Shown piece after piece: positions 11,011-21,208 of a stretch of DNA of 64,000 nt. This DNA comes from Gammaproteobacteria bacterium (lineage in GTDB: Bacteria > Pseudomonadota > Gammaproteobacteria > Pseudomonadales > Azotimanducaceae). The position numbers and the translations under genes were made by a program. Under the pieces are notes generated by a model. It did no database searches and was not told where the DNA came from. It saw nothing but the letters and a program-made list of their open reading frames with translations. The stretch spans positions 10,799-74,798 of the forward strand of contig JAPOVK010000003.1 in NCBI GenBank assembly GCA_026708185.1. Direction: 5' to 3'. How positions within the stretch are numbered: position 1 is the stretch's first letter; each line of letters begins with the position of its first letter.

Positions 11011-11934
11011 TTAGGACGCGGCCAGAACCGCCTTCGGCACAGGGAGTACTTGAGACTGGTACGGATTGCCGAACCCGGCCAGTTCCTTGAACAGGTCCGG
11101 ATCGCTGCAGTCATCCGCTAGAGCGCGCGGAAAGTGGTTCGGGATGTCGTCTTGCGGCTGGATGGACGCGTGGCGGAAGTAGTTGACGATCGTCACCCGC
11201 AAGCCCGGCGTGGTTCGTGGATACGCGCCGTGCCAGAGTTGACCGTGGAAGGCGATCAGCGAACCGCGGGGACACTCGACGGGTATCGCCTCCTTGACAG
11301 CTCCCGGCATGGTCGGCGGCCGCGAGCGCAGGTGCGATCCGGGTACGCACGCAAAGGCCCCGTCTGCGTGGGTGTACTCGGTCAGGCACCAAGTGCAGTT
11401 GGCGTTCAGGGCGACGCGTCCCCACGGCAGCGGCACACCCATCTGGTCGCAGTGCAGGCCGAGTGACTCTCCGTAGCCGTCACCCGCCCACTTGACGAAG
11501 CAGTTGTGCGAACTGAACCGGGCTTCCGGGCCAATCATGTGGCGCGTGAGCGCCGTCGCGACCGGGTTCACGGCGAGGTCGCGGAAGGCCCGGTCGAACG
11601 TGCAAAGCTGCATGAGCTGAAACTGGCTGGGCTTCACTTGCGAGAACAACTCGAGCGTGCCGCGGTAGTCGCCGTAGTCGAGCTCGCACTCCGGGCCGTC
11701 GGCGACTGTGAACCGGCAACCGACAAGCTCTTCGGACTTGTCGAGCAGCAACTGGGTCAGGCGGTCGATCTCGGCATCGGTCACACCGGTGACTTCCGGC
11801 GGTACGACCGCATAGCCGTGCAATTCGATATCGAGGACGTAGGGCTCGAGTCCCAAGTCGGCAATCGCCTGCGATACGTCCGGCTGCTTGGGTCGCTTCG
11901 CCACGGTCTTCCCCTCCCTTAAAGAAGCTGGCAT
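11011..11934 (-). CDS. Phytanoyl-CoA dioxygenase (PhyH) family Fe(II)/2-oxoglutarate oxygenase
   Basis: Only the C-terminal 307 aa of track ORF 11011..12993 look genuine (MPASLREGKTVAKRP...). LHCDQ ... GSLIAFHGQLWHGA fits the HxD...H facial triad. The upstream part is antisense to metY. Confidence 0.72.
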   Translation of the reverse strand: MPASLREGKTVAKRPKQPDVSQAIADLGLEPYVLDIELHGYAVVPPEVTGVTDAEIDRLTQLLLDKSEELVGCRFTVADGPECELDYGDYRGTLELFSQVKPSQFQLMQLCTFDRAFRDLAVNPVATALTRHMIGPEARFSSHNCFVKWAGDGYGESLGLHCDQMGVPLPWGRVALNANCTWCLTEYTHADGAFACVPGSHLRSRPPTMPGAVKEAIPVECPRGSLIAFHGQLWHGAYPRTTPGLRVTIVNYFRHASIQPQDDIPNHFPRALADDCSDPDLFKELAGFGNPYQSQVLPVPKAVLAAS

Positions 11935-11988
11935 CGAGTTTACCCCGCGAACTGCGCGTACGCGGCAGGTCGTTGTAGCATCACCGCC

Positions 11989-13299
11989 ATGGCAGACCCA
12001 GAACATCGCGGCCCGCGGCCCACCGGGTTCGACACGCTCACCCTGCACGCCGGGCAGCGGCCCGATGCCGCCACGGGCGCACGAGCGACCCCCATCTACC
12101 AGTCCGCTTCCTTCGTCTTCCCCGACACCGACTTCGCGGTGGGCCTGTTCAACATCGAGCGCGCGGGCCACGTCTATTCCCGCCTCTCCAATCCCACCAA
12201 CGCCGTCCTCGAGGAGCGGATCAGCGCCCTGGAAGGCGGTGTCGGCGCGATCGCCACCGCCAGCGGCCAGGCGGCGATGCATCTCGCGGTCGCCACCCTG
12301 GCGAGCGCCGGTGATCATATCGTTGCTTCGCGGTCGCTCTACGGCGGCACACACAATCTCCTCGAATACACGCTGCCCCGTTTCGGTATCGAAACCACGT
12401 TCGTTGATCCGCGCTCGCCGGACGCCTTCGCTGCCGCGATACGCGACAACACCAAGCTGCTGTTCGGCGAGATTCTCGGCAACCCGGGCCTCGAAGTACT
12501 CGACATTCCGCGCGTCGCTGAGGTGGCCCACGCCGCAGGCTTGCCCCTCATGGTCGATGCGACCTTCGCGACGCCCTGGTTGTGCAAACCACTCGATTTT
12601 GGCACCGACATCGTGGTCCATTCGGCGACCAAGTTCTTGAGCGGCCACGGCATCGTGATCGGCGGGTTGCTCGTCGACGGCGGCACGTTCGATTGGGAGG
12701 CAAGCGGGCGTTTTCCAACCCTGACCGAGCCCTACGACGGCTTCCACGACCTCGTCTTCGCCGAGGAGTTCGGTCCACAGGCGTTCATCACCCGCGCCCG
12801 CAAGGAGGGCATGCGCGACTTCGGCGCATGCATGGCACCGACGACGGCCTTCCACATCCTGCAAGGTCTCGAGACGTTGCCCTTGCGCATGGCGAAGCAC
12901 GTGGAGAATACGCGCCAGGTCGTCGCCTTCCTCGACGCGCACGACGCGGTGGCATCCGTGAGCTACCCCGAGCTTGCCAAGCATCCCGATCACGAACTTG
13001 CGGGCAAGCTACTACCCAACGGCGCCGGCGCCGTGTTCAGTTTCGAACTCCAGGGAGGGCGCGAGGCCGGGCGCGTGTTCATCGAGAGCCTGTCGCTGTT
13101 CTCGCACCTCGCCAACGTCGGGGATGCCAAATCGCTGGTGATCCACCCGGCCAGCACGACCCATCACCGCATGGACGCCAAGGCGCTCGCCGCCGCCGGC
13201 ATCGGCGAAGGCCTAGTCCGGCTCTCCATCGGCCTAGAGGATCCGCGCGACCTGATCGACGACTTGGGCCGGGCGCTGCGCCGGGCATCACGCGCATGA
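11989..13299 (+). CDS. metY: O-acetylhomoserine sulfhydrylase (PLP-dependent)
   Basis: [10 protein letters not shown]..., [16 protein letters not shown]..., PLP-lysine motif [11 protein letters not shown]. 436 aa. Confidence 0.92.
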   Translation: MADPEHRGPRPTGFDTLTLHAGQRPDAATGARATPIYQSASFVFPDTDFAVGLFNIERAGHVYSRLSNPTNAVLEERISALEGGVGAIATASGQAAMHLAVATLASAGDHIVASRSLYGGTHNLLEYTLPRFGIETTFVDPRSPDAFAAAIRDNTKLLFGEILGNPGLEVLDIPRVAEVAHAAGLPLMVDATFATPWLCKPLDFGTDIVVHSATKFLSGHGIVIGGLLVDGGTFDWEASGRFPTLTEPYDGFHDLVFAEEFGPQAFITRARKEGMRDFGACMAPTTAFHILQGLETLPLRMAKHVENTRQVVAFLDAHDAVASVSYPELAKHPDHELAGKLLPNGAGAVFSFELQGGREAGRVFIESLSLFSHLANVGDAKSLVIHPASTTHHRMDAKALAAAGIGEGLVRLSIGLEDPRDLIDDLGRALRRASRA

Positions 13300-14099
13300 G
13301 CGGCACCCGCATCGAGGTCGCGGGGGCGACCGTCTATGTCGGCACCGGGTCCGGCAAGCCCGCATCCGATGCGGCATGCGTCGCCTTCGTGCACGGTGCC
13401 GGCATGGACCACACCGTCTGGGCACTGCCGACGCGGCACTTCGCTCGCAAAGGCCTACGCGTCCTAGCTCCCGACCTGCCTGGTCACGGCCGCAGCAACG
13501 GCACGGCCCGGTCGTCAATCCCCGCCATGGCCGACTGGCTCGCGGGCGTGTTCGATGCGACCGGCGTCGATCAAGCCGCAGTCGTCGGGCACAGCATGGG
13601 GTCGCTCGTGGCCTGGCAGTTCGCACAGAGCCATCCGGATCGCTGCCGCACATTGGCATTGCTCGGAACGTCGATGCCGATGCCCGTCACCGACATGCTG
13701 CTGAACGCCGCCAAGGACAACCACCACGCGGCGATCGACATGGCCAATGCCTGGAGCCACAGCCCGGGCGGCTCGCTGGGCGCCAACGACAACCCGGGCG
13801 TCTGGATGCTCGGGGCGGGGGAACGGCTGCTGGAGCGGTCGGGTCCCGGCGTCTTCCATGCCGACCTCGCCGCCTGCAACGCCTTCAACGCCGACGAGGC
13901 AGACGGGGTCGTGAATTGCCCGGCCCTGGTCATCGCCGGTGACGAAGACCGCATGACGCCGGCCCGAGCCGGTCTCGACGTCGCGTCGCACTTGGCCGGC
14001 GCCAAGGTCGTGCGGCTAGCCGGCTGCGGTCATGCGATGCTGAACGAGCGCCCGAACGAGATCCTCGACGCGTTGATCGATATCGTGACCGAGCGCTGA
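13296..14099 (+). CDS. Alpha/beta-fold hydrolase
   Basis: [10 protein letters not shown]...FVHGAGMDHTVW...APDLPGHGRS...VGHSMGS (nucleophile elbow). Its ATG overlaps the metY TGA (ATGA). Confidence 0.8.
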   Translation: MSGTRIEVAGATVYVGTGSGKPASDAACVAFVHGAGMDHTVWALPTRHFARKGLRVLAPDLPGHGRSNGTARSSIPAMADWLAGVFDATGVDQAAVVGHSMGSLVAWQFAQSHPDRCRTLALLGTSMPMPVTDMLLNAAKDNHHAAIDMANAWSHSPGGSLGANDNPGVWMLGAGERLLERSGPGVFHADLAACNAFNADEADGVVNCPALVIAGDEDRMTPARAGLDVASHLAGAKVVRLAGCGHAMLNERPNEILDALIDIVTER

Positions 14100-14286
14100 C
14101 CTGAGACGCCGCGCACCTTGCGCGGTGCGGCAGGATCGCGCCACATCTTCATCCCAAGCCACCATGGTCGCGATCCTTTTCCCGGCCGCGGGACGCCCAA
14201 TCCCAGCCGCAGGTTCCCTATGCGGGGCCGCCGACCTCGCTTGCCCCTCCGTACGGCGGAGTGCATCTCGCAGCGCGCAGAACGGT

Positions 14287-15228
14287 TCACTTGATCGTGG
14301 AGCGCAAGATGCCGTCTCCACTAACCGCCGGTGGTGACGGATTCGCCGCTGGCAACAGAATTTCGGCGTCGAAGTCTGCCGAGGGCAATGGGGTGAGCGT
14401 CAGCAGTGGCCCGTCACCTAAGGTCTCTGGCAGCGCGTGGGCACCGCAATTCGCCGGAAGTGCTCCCTCGCGGGACAGGCGACAAGTCCAAGCAGCTCCG
14501 CGTCGAAACCGAATGTGGACGCTGAAAACGTCATCCGCTGGCAACCAATCGACCATGGTTCGCCTGCGTCCCTCGGGAGAGCGTCTGGCGTGGAAGCCGC
14601 CGGTCAACATCAGAGCATAGTCGAAATCTCCCGCACCCCACTTTCTGGCAACGTTCGTCGCCATCAGTTCCTCGCGCGTGTTCGCCGGCTCCTCTTCCCC
14701 CTCGAACCACAGGGACGCGTCGTCGAAAGCGACGGTCTCCACCTCGAGCCCAGACCGGACCAACTCGCGAACTCGGGTCAGCAGACCAAGCATTGCCCGG
14801 CTGCTCCGCCCGTCGCGGGTCTCCTGCCACCACTGCTGTTCTGAGCCGGCGAGCGGACTCCCGTCGGCGCGCATGACCGGGCGTTCTGCAGTCGTAAGGG
14901 TGGCCACATCGAGCTCGCCCGCGACGAAGGCCGCGATGTCCTCGTCGAGCCAGCGGGGCAGTTCGATGCCCACGAGCACACGCCCGTCCACGGCGAGGTG
15001 GCAAGCGAGGTCCCCAACGAGCGCCGGTGACTCCTGCGTGCCGTGCGTCTCTCCGAAGACCACCACCCGGCCCCGCTGCCGCCGCAGCGAGTCGGCTGTG
15101 GGAAGAACGGCCTCCACGCATTCAAGGTCCTTGCCAGCTGCAGTCCCCGTCGGTGTCAAGAGACAGGCCGCGGCCAACAGTACCCCTGTCCCCTTCGACA
15201 CCGCCGCGCCCAGTTTCGCCTTTGTCAT
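14287..15228 (-). CDS. Secreted hypothetical protein (possible ChaN/erythromycin-esterase/Tiki-like fold)
   Basis: I chose the start at MTKAKLGAAVSKGTGVLLAAACLL (signal). VVVFGETHGTQESP resembles the GExH motif of that superfamily, but the match is weak. Confidence 0.4.
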   Translation of the reverse strand: MTKAKLGAAVSKGTGVLLAAACLLTPTGTAAGKDLECVEAVLPTADSLRRQRGRVVVFGETHGTQESPALVGDLACHLAVDGRVLVGIELPRWLDEDIAAFVAGELDVATLTTAERPVMRADGSPLAGSEQQWWQETRDGRSSRAMLGLLTRVRELVRSGLEVETVAFDDASLWFEGEEEPANTREELMATNVARKWGAGDFDYALMLTGGFHARRSPEGRRRTMVDWLPADDVFSVHIRFRRGAAWTCRLSREGALPANCGAHALPETLGDGPLLTLTPLPSADFDAEILLPAANPSPPAVSGDGILRSTIK

Positions 15229-15296
15229 CCAACCCCCGTGGCCGCCCCCTTTCCTGCCTGACGCCAACGCACACTGGCGAGAGGCAGTGCCTGGTG

Positions 15297-16283
15297 TCAA
15301 TCGCGATCTCGGGTTCGTTCGCCCTTTTCCGGTTGAACACTCCGGTAGGTCTGCGCGGCCCTCTCGAACGCCTTGCTACCCAACGACCGGGCGAGGTCCG
15401 CGCAGGCGAAGGCCAGCTTGGCGTCGTGTTCGTCGTCGATGGTCGCAGGTCGCGGTTCGGCCGCGGGGTCGAACCGCGGAGTGCCGACAGTGACGTATGC
15501 GGCCAGCAGTCCGGCGCTCAGCAGTCCGTCCGCCTCCATGCCGATCGCGTCGACGCACACGCCGAGCGCATGGGTGCCGGTCACCATGTGCAATGCAAAG
15601 AAGTCCTGCGTGTCGTTGAAGACTGCCAGACTCAGTTCCGCGAGACGTCGGCGGTTGTCCGGGCCGACGACGACGCGTCCCGTCAAGACGCCCGAAGCAA
15701 CCGTTGCGTTGTAGCGCCGCTCGAACGGTTCATCCAAAGGCGGGGCCGGAGGCGCCGACAGCGGCTCGTCGCCGTAACGCGCCCCGTCGGCCAAGGCCTG
15801 CAATGCCTGATCCGTGCCCGCGCTCGCAAGGTAGGCGAGCCCGGCGACGATTTCGGACGCGACGTCGAATCGAATGCCGTATGCGAGTCGAATGACCGGA
15901 TGGAAGGCGAAGCGGACCCAGCCGCTGAGGAGCCCGGGAAGCCAGTTCTCCAAGGTCGCCCGAGTCCCCACGCGCGCGACTTCCCGGTCGAAGTAAGCCA
16001 ACAGCGAGCCGTAAGCTCCGACGTCTCCCACCGCGCGTGCGATCTGCGTCGGCGGGTGCCGGAAATGCTGGACCGGCGGGTCGAGACGCTGCCGGTATCG
16101 CGTCGCGTACGACTCCAGCGCGTCCTGGCCAGCACCGTTCGCCCACATCGCCAAGAGGGCCATCGGCAGATGGTCCGACAGGTGTCCGCCGTAGTGAGGC
16201 CCGTGCTGGTTGCGGTGGGCGAGGAGCTTCTCGGAGAGCCACTCCGGCACGCGTTGACGGTCGCGCTGTTCGGTGTGCGCCAT
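15297..16283 (-). CDS. Questin-oxidase-like (DUF4243) family protein
   Basis: The N-terminal ...GGHLSDHLPMALLAMWANGA... is the pattern I associate with DUF4243. 328 aa. Confidence 0.5.
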   Translation of the reverse strand: MAHTEQRDRQRVPEWLSEKLLAHRNQHGPHYGGHLSDHLPMALLAMWANGAGQDALESYATRYRQRLDPPVQHFRHPPTQIARAVGDVGAYGSLLAYFDREVARVGTRATLENWLPGLLSGWVRFAFHPVIRLAYGIRFDVASEIVAGLAYLASAGTDQALQALADGARYGDEPLSAPPAPPLDEPFERRYNATVASGVLTGRVVVGPDNRRRLAELSLAVFNDTQDFFALHMVTGTHALGVCVDAIGMEADGLLSAGLLAAYVTVGTPRFDPAAEPRPATIDDEHDAKLAFACADLARSLGSKAFERAAQTYRSVQPEKGERTRDRD

Positions 16284-16384
16284 ATGTGCTCCTTGTCACA
16301 CCGATTAAGAAACCTTTTGATTTCCTAATTGTTCCGCCGTCAAGCTTGTTTCGCAACCTTTTTCTTGTCTTATTATTGACGGAC

Positions 16385-17029
16385 ATGGAAAAACACACCG
16401 ACTCGTCGGCCGATCGGTTGCTCCTGCGCCTGAAGGTCGAAGGACCGCAGACGACCCGCGCCCTCGCGAAGTGGCTGGGAGTCTCGATGCCGGCGGTACG
16501 CCAGCAAACCCGCCGGCTGGCGGACGAGGGCGTCGTCGCGATGACGGAGCTGCGCGGATCCGTGGGCCGGCCGCGACAGCGATGGTCGTTGACCCGCTTG
16601 GGTCATCGGCAGTTCCCCGACGCCCACGCAGATGCGACGGTCGCCCTGATCGCATCGATTCGCGACGCGCTCGGCGAAGGTGCACTCGGCTCGGTCATTG
16701 CCGACCGTTACCAGGCAACTCTAGTCACCTACCGGGAACGCATGAAAGGCGTCGAAGGGCTGGCGGAGCGGCTGGAACGGCTGCGCGCGATTCGCTCCGA
16801 AGAGGGATACATGGCCGAGGTACAGCCGGAGGGCGACGGCTTTCTCTTCGTCGAGCATCACTGCCCGATCTGCGCCGCCGCCGAGGCCTGTCAGGGCTTC
16901 TGCAGCAACGAACTGCGGCTGTTTCGCGAGCTGCTCGGCGACGAAGCTTCCGTGGAGCGCGTCGAATACCTGATCGTCGGCGACCGAAGGTGCGCGTACC
17001 GCGTCCGTAGTTTGGTGCGCCCTACGTAG
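16385..17029 (+). CDS. Winged-helix (ArsR/MarR-like) transcriptional regulator with C-terminal Cys cluster
   Basis: LLLRLKVEGPQTTRALAKWLGVSMPAVRQQTRRLADEGVV is the HTH. The C-terminus carries HHCPICAAAEACQGFCSNE...RRCAY. Start taken at MEKHTD (ATG 16385). Confidence 0.62.
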   Translation: MEKHTDSSADRLLLRLKVEGPQTTRALAKWLGVSMPAVRQQTRRLADEGVVAMTELRGSVGRPRQRWSLTRLGHRQFPDAHADATVALIASIRDALGEGALGSVIADRYQATLVTYRERMKGVEGLAERLERLRAIRSEEGYMAEVQPEGDGFLFVEHHCPICAAAEACQGFCSNELRLFRELLGDEASVERVEYLIVGDRRCAYRVRSLVRPT

Positions 17030-17795
17030 GGCGAGACCTAGACGCCCTCACGCGGTATTGGCCGTTCTCAAGCACCGGCACCACATCACTGCAGTCGAAG
17101 TCCACGGCGAGTTCCACATCCGCCGCGAAACCCCGGTCGATGATCTCCCGGGCCGATGCGCAGGACCGGACGAGTTCCTTCAAGTCGCCGCCGGCTGCCG
17201 CGAACATGCGCTCGGCGGAGGACGCCTCGGGCGACTTGGACCCGTCCAAGGCCGCGATGACCGCGCCGGCACCCAGCCAGTCCTCAAGCGACGGCCGCAG
17301 ACTGCCATCCGGCCATTTCTCCCCGCAGGGTACGACAGCGATCCGTGCACCGGAACGTGCGGCCACGCGGGCGACTGCCGTCGCGTTGCGCAGGCAGCCG
17401 GCGATCGTTCGAGTTCCGGGAGCGGCGAGCGAGATGGTCGCGCCGTTCGGCGAGGGCAGCACGAGCCGCGTACCGGCGGGAATCCCAACTAGGGAGGCGG
17501 GCGAGAGCGAATAGCCGCGGCCGTCGCGCGACGAGGCGAGGAGCGCGTCCGACCGGGCCGCAAAGTCCGACGCGGTGTCGTCCTTGAACCTGTACGGCAG
17601 CACGACGGCACCGCTGGCAGCCGCGACCTCGACGCAGGTCGTGAAGGAAAGCACGTCGACGACCACCACGACATCGCTTGCTGGCGCCAAAGCGGCGATA
17701 CCCGAAAGCCCCCACTCGCAACGCACGTCGAAGCCTTCCTGGACGTGGGCGGGCACCAAGCCCTCTGCCCTATGGGGCTTCTCATTCCGGCTCAA
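17022..17795 (-). CDS. 2-phosphosulfolactate phosphatase (ComB)-like family protein
   Basis: VVVVVDVLSFTTCVEVA resembles the ComB-family VIDVLRATT segment. It starts 3 nt downstream of rsmG. Confidence 0.5.
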   Translation of the reverse strand: MSRNEKPHRAEGLVPAHVQEGFDVRCEWGLSGIAALAPASDVVVVVDVLSFTTCVEVAAASGAVVLPYRFKDDTASDFAARSDALLASSRDGRGYSLSPASLVGIPAGTRLVLPSPNGATISLAAPGTRTIAGCLRNATAVARVAARSGARIAVVPCGEKWPDGSLRPSLEDWLGAGAVIAALDGSKSPEASSAERMFAAAGGDLKELVRSCASAREIIDRGFAADVELAVDFDCSDVVPVLENGQYRVRASRSRPT

Positions 17796-17798
17796 CCG

Positions 17799-18452
17799 TC
17801 ACTCCTCGTCGTTTGATTGCGTGCCATCTGTGCTCCCGGGATGCAGATCAGAGAGTGGCGGACGGCCGCGTGGGGTCATGCCTTGCACGCACCGGACTTC
17901 AGTCACCCATCCGCGGTCGACGGGGGCCTCATCGGCAATCCACCCAGCGTCGAATACCGGCGATTGCAGCCGCTCGCGGGACTGCAGCAACGCCGAAGCG
18001 CCGGACTTGAGCAGGTGACGGACGAGGGCCCAGGCCTGACGGGGCGGTGCGACCGCCCGAACCGTGACGATGTCGAACGCACTCGACGCTTCGTAACCAC
18101 GGATGTCCTGCGCCACGACGTCGACGTTCGGCAAGTCCAGTTCGATGACCACATGCTGCAGGAAGGCGCACTTGCGCGTGCTCCGCTCGATCAGGACGAC
18201 AGGCACGCCGGGGCGCGCGATGGCGAGCGGTATGCCGGGCAGCCCGGCACCGGAGCCGACATCGGCCAAGCGCCCGGTGACCCAAGGCAAAAGCGCGAGG
18301 CTGTCCGCCGTGTGTCGCTCGCGCAAATGCGGTATGTCGCCACGAGCGACCAGATTGGCGCGGGCATTCCAGCGCTGGACCAGGGCTTCGAACGCCGCAA
18401 ACTTGGCGGTCGCGCCGTCGGGCAGGGCGGCTGGTGCCGGCTCTTTGCGCAC
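17799..18452 (-). CDS. rsmG: 16S rRNA (guanine527-N7)-methyltransferase
   Basis: ...LADVGSGAGLPGIPLAIARP... SAM motif, 217 aa, immediately downstream of mnmG. Confidence 0.9.
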   Translation of the reverse strand: MRKEPAPAALPDGATAKFAAFEALVQRWNARANLVARGDIPHLRERHTADSLALLPWVTGRLADVGSGAGLPGIPLAIARPGVPVVLIERSTRKCAFLQHVVIELDLPNVDVVAQDIRGYEASSAFDIVTVRAVAPPRQAWALVRHLLKSGASALLQSRERLQSPVFDAGWIADEAPVDRGWVTEVRCVQGMTPRGRPPLSDLHPGSTDGTQSNDEE

Positions 18453-18455
18453 GTG

Positions 18456-20336
18456 CTACGCGCGGCGGCGTTCGCCTTCGGCACGCTTGGCGTGCACGAG
18501 GAGCAGGGACAGCGCGGCGGGGGTGACCCCGGGTACGCGCGCCGCCTGGGCGAGCGTGGCTGGCGCGCGCGTGCGCAGCTTTTCCTTCAACTCGTTCGAC
18601 AAGCCGGAGATTCGCGCATAGTCGAAGTCTGCGGCGAGCGCCACGTTCTCGTTGTCCTTCACGCGTGCGATTTCGTCGTCCTGACGCTGCATGTAGCCCG
18701 CGTACTTGGCCTCGATCTCGAGTTGCGCCAGGACGGCCTCATCCGGCGAATCGCCAACCTCCGCAGCGATGGCCTGCGCGTCGATGCCCGGACGCTTCAA
18801 GAGTTCAAAGAGCGATGTCGACTTGGCGATGGTCTCGCCGGTCGCCGTTTCCAAAGCCCGCGCCAAGTCGGTCCCCGGCGCAGCGACGATTTCCGCCAAA
18901 CGCTCGGCGCCGGCCTCCAAGGCCCGCTTTCTCGCGCTGAACACCCGCCAGCGGTCGTCGTCGACAACGCCGAGCGAACGCCCGATGGGCGTCAGACGCA
19001 GATCGGCGTTGTCTTGGCGCAAGCGCAGGCGGTACTCCGCGCGACTGGTGAACATGCGGTATGGCTCCGTCACGCCCAGGGTGACGAGGTCGTCGACCAG
19101 CACGCCGAGATAACCCTCGTAACGCGCGGGGCACCAAGCGTCCTTGCCATCGGCCGCGCGAGCCGCGTTGATGCCGGCGAGAAGCCCTTGCGCGGCCGCT
19201 TCCTCATAGCCGGTCGTGCCGTTGATCTGGCCCGCGAAGTACAGCCCCTCGATCACCCGCGTCTCCAGGCTCGAATGCAGGTCCCGGGGGTCGAAGAAGT
19301 CGTACTCGATGGCGTAGCCCGGCCGCGTGATGTGCGCGTTCTCGAAGCCGCGGATGCTGTTGACGGCCGCCAACTGCACATCGAAGGGCAAGCTGGTCGA
19401 GATTCCGTTCGGATACACCTCGTGGGTGTTGAGACCCTCGGGCTCCACGAAGACCTGGTGCTGCGTGCGATCGGCGAAGCGCACGACCTTGTCCTCGATG
19501 GACGGGCAGTACCGAGGACCCTCGGCCTCGATCACGCCAGCGTACATCGGCGAGCGGTCGAGACCAGAGCGGATGATGTCGTGGGTGGACGCGTTGGTGT
19601 GCGTGATGTGGCAAACGGTCTGGGCGGGATGGACATCCGGCGTGGATAGGAAGGACATCACGGGCCGCGGCTCGTCGCCGGGCTGCGTCTCCATCACGGC
19701 GAAGTCCACGCTGCGCCCGTCAAGGCGTGGCGGCGTCCCGGTTTTTAGGCGGTCCACGCGCAGCGGCAAGGCGCGCAGGCGTTCGGCCAACGCGTTGGCA
19801 GGCGCGTCGCCGGCGCGCCCGCCAGGCCCGTTCTCCAGGCCGATGTGGATGCGTCCGCCCAGGAACGTGCCGGTGGTGAGCACGACGCGGTCGGCCTCGA
19901 TGCGCAGCCCCATCTGCGTGTCGACCCCACGGATCCGGTCGCCGTCCACGACGAGATCCACCACCGATTGCTGGAAAACGGTGAGGTTGGCCTGGGATTC
20001 CACGATCGCACGCATCGCGTTTCTGTACAGGACGCGGTCGGCCTGGGCGCGCGTGGCCCGCACCGCCGGACCCTTGCTGGAATTCAGCGTGCGGAAGTGG
20101 ATGCCCGCGCGGTCAGCGGCGATCGCCATGGCGCCACCCAAGGCGTCGATTTCGCGGACCAGGTGGGACTTGCCGATGCCACCGATGGCGGGGTTGCATG
20201 ACATCTGGCCGATGGTTTCGATGCTCATCGTCAGCAGCAACGTCTTCGCGCCCACGCGGGCGGATGCCAGCGCGGCCTCGGCGCCGGCATGGCCGCCGCC
20301 GATGACGATGACGTCGAAACGTTGGGGGTGGTTCAT
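18456..20336 (-). CDS. mnmG: tRNA uridine 5-carboxymethylaminomethyl modification enzyme
   Basis: [68 protein letters not shown]... 626 aa from ATG 20336. The track ORF extends further upstream, which I regard as artefact. Confidence 0.95.
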   Translation of the reverse strand: MNHPQRFDVIVIGGGHAGAEAALASARVGAKTLLLTMSIETIGQMSCNPAIGGIGKSHLVREIDALGGAMAIAADRAGIHFRTLNSSKGPAVRATRAQADRVLYRNAMRAIVESQANLTVFQQSVVDLVVDGDRIRGVDTQMGLRIEADRVVLTTGTFLGGRIHIGLENGPGGRAGDAPANALAERLRALPLRVDRLKTGTPPRLDGRSVDFAVMETQPGDEPRPVMSFLSTPDVHPAQTVCHITHTNASTHDIIRSGLDRSPMYAGVIEAEGPRYCPSIEDKVVRFADRTQHQVFVEPEGLNTHEVYPNGISTSLPFDVQLAAVNSIRGFENAHITRPGYAIEYDFFDPRDLHSSLETRVIEGLYFAGQINGTTGYEEAAAQGLLAGINAARAADGKDAWCPARYEGYLGVLVDDLVTLGVTEPYRMFTSRAEYRLRLRQDNADLRLTPIGRSLGVVDDDRWRVFSARKRALEAGAERLAEIVAAPGTDLARALETATGETIAKSTSLFELLKRPGIDAQAIAAEVGDSPDEAVLAQLEIEAKYAGYMQRQDDEIARVKDNENVALAADFDYARISGLSNELKEKLRTRAPATLAQAARVPGVTPAALSLLLVHAKRAEGERRRA

Positions 20337-20377
20337 GGCGCGTCCCCTCATGGGGCCGATGGCCAACGGGGCGCGGA

Positions 20378-21208
20378 TTATACGCTCGCTGCCTGCGCTG
20401 TCTTCGGCCAGGCCTCGAGGCCCGCGATCCGGCGACCCAGGGACGTCAACTCGGCAACCGGCCCCGGTTCCGGATCGCGCTGGCCCCTCACCTTCTGCCG
20501 CAAGGCCCAGCCGGGTGCCCGCTTCTCGCGGAAGGCCGCGGCGAGCTTGAGCCGTGCCGCTTCGTCCGCGGCCGGACTCATCGTGACGTATTGAACCCAG
20601 CGTGGCCGGGCACCGTCGTTGCGAGCCGACGAGTGCGGCATAAGCCGTGACCAGATCAGGAGCGACCCCGCCTTGCCGCCGACGCGCTTGGCATGCGGCG
20701 TTGCCTCGGCCAGCTCTTCGGTGATGCTGTCGCGATGCGTCTCCAGCCAATCCGGCAGGTCGCGGTAGATCTCGGGCGCGCAGCAGAATGCACCCTGATG
20801 GTCGTCGGTGTCGGTCAGGTAGACCAGGCCTTGATAGCCAGCGACATCCTTTGGCTGGCGCGGATCCGCATCCCAATGCAGCTTGCTGATCCGCACGGTT
20901 TCGTCGCCCGCGGGCGGCTTGAAGGAGGCACGGTCGACGCTCGACCACAGGGCGCGGCTGCCGTAGAGCTCGGCGAAGATCGCATGCACCGCGGGGTGTT
21001 GGCGGACCTCCCAGAGCGCCGGGTGATGGTGCAGCGGGACGATTCCGTGGCCATGGGCGACACCCCAGGTCGACGCGTCGCCCGGGTCGACATGCAGGAA
21101 CGACGCCACGGCCTCGATGACCGCTTCGCAGAGTGGCTTCGGGACCACGCCGTTCACCACCGCGTAGCCCCGCTCGGCCAACGCGTCTTTCGTCGCCTTC
21201 GTCAACAT
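20378..21208 (-). CDS. PhyH-family dioxygenase-like protein
   Basis: [23 protein letters not shown]... with HWDAD and later ...[10 protein letters not shown]. Its ATG shares 1 nt with the TGA of the upstream VIT-vWA gene. Confidence 0.65.
   Translation of the reverse strand: MLTKATKDALAERGYAVVNGVVPKPLCEAVIEAVASFLHVDPGDASTWGVAHGHGIVPLHHHPALWEVRQHPAVHAIFAELYGSRALWSSVDRASFKPPAGDETVRISKLHWDADPRQPKDVAGYQGLVYLTDTDDHQGAFCCAPEIYRDLPDWLETHRDSITEELAEATPHAKRVGGKAGSLLIWSRLMPHSSARNDGARPRWVQYVTMSPAADEAARLKLAAAFREKRAPGWALRQKVRGQRDPEPGPVAELTSLGRRIAGLEAWPKTAQAASV

Noticed and set aside
11935-12993. The N-terminal ~350 codons of track ORF 11011..12993, with analogous upstream extensions of 18456..21272, 45756..49424, 12582..14099 and 24373..25356.
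   Set aside because: These extensions run antisense or out of frame through well-supported genes (metY, PhyH/VIT-vWA, SDR). They begin far upstream of the Met where recognisable homology starts.
14109-14125. GC-rich hairpin CCGCGCA-CCT-TGCGCGG just after the alpha/beta hydrolase stop codon, considered as a terminator.
   Set aside because: The 7-bp stem has a 3-nt loop and no following T-run. Such palindromes are frequent in GC-rich DNA.
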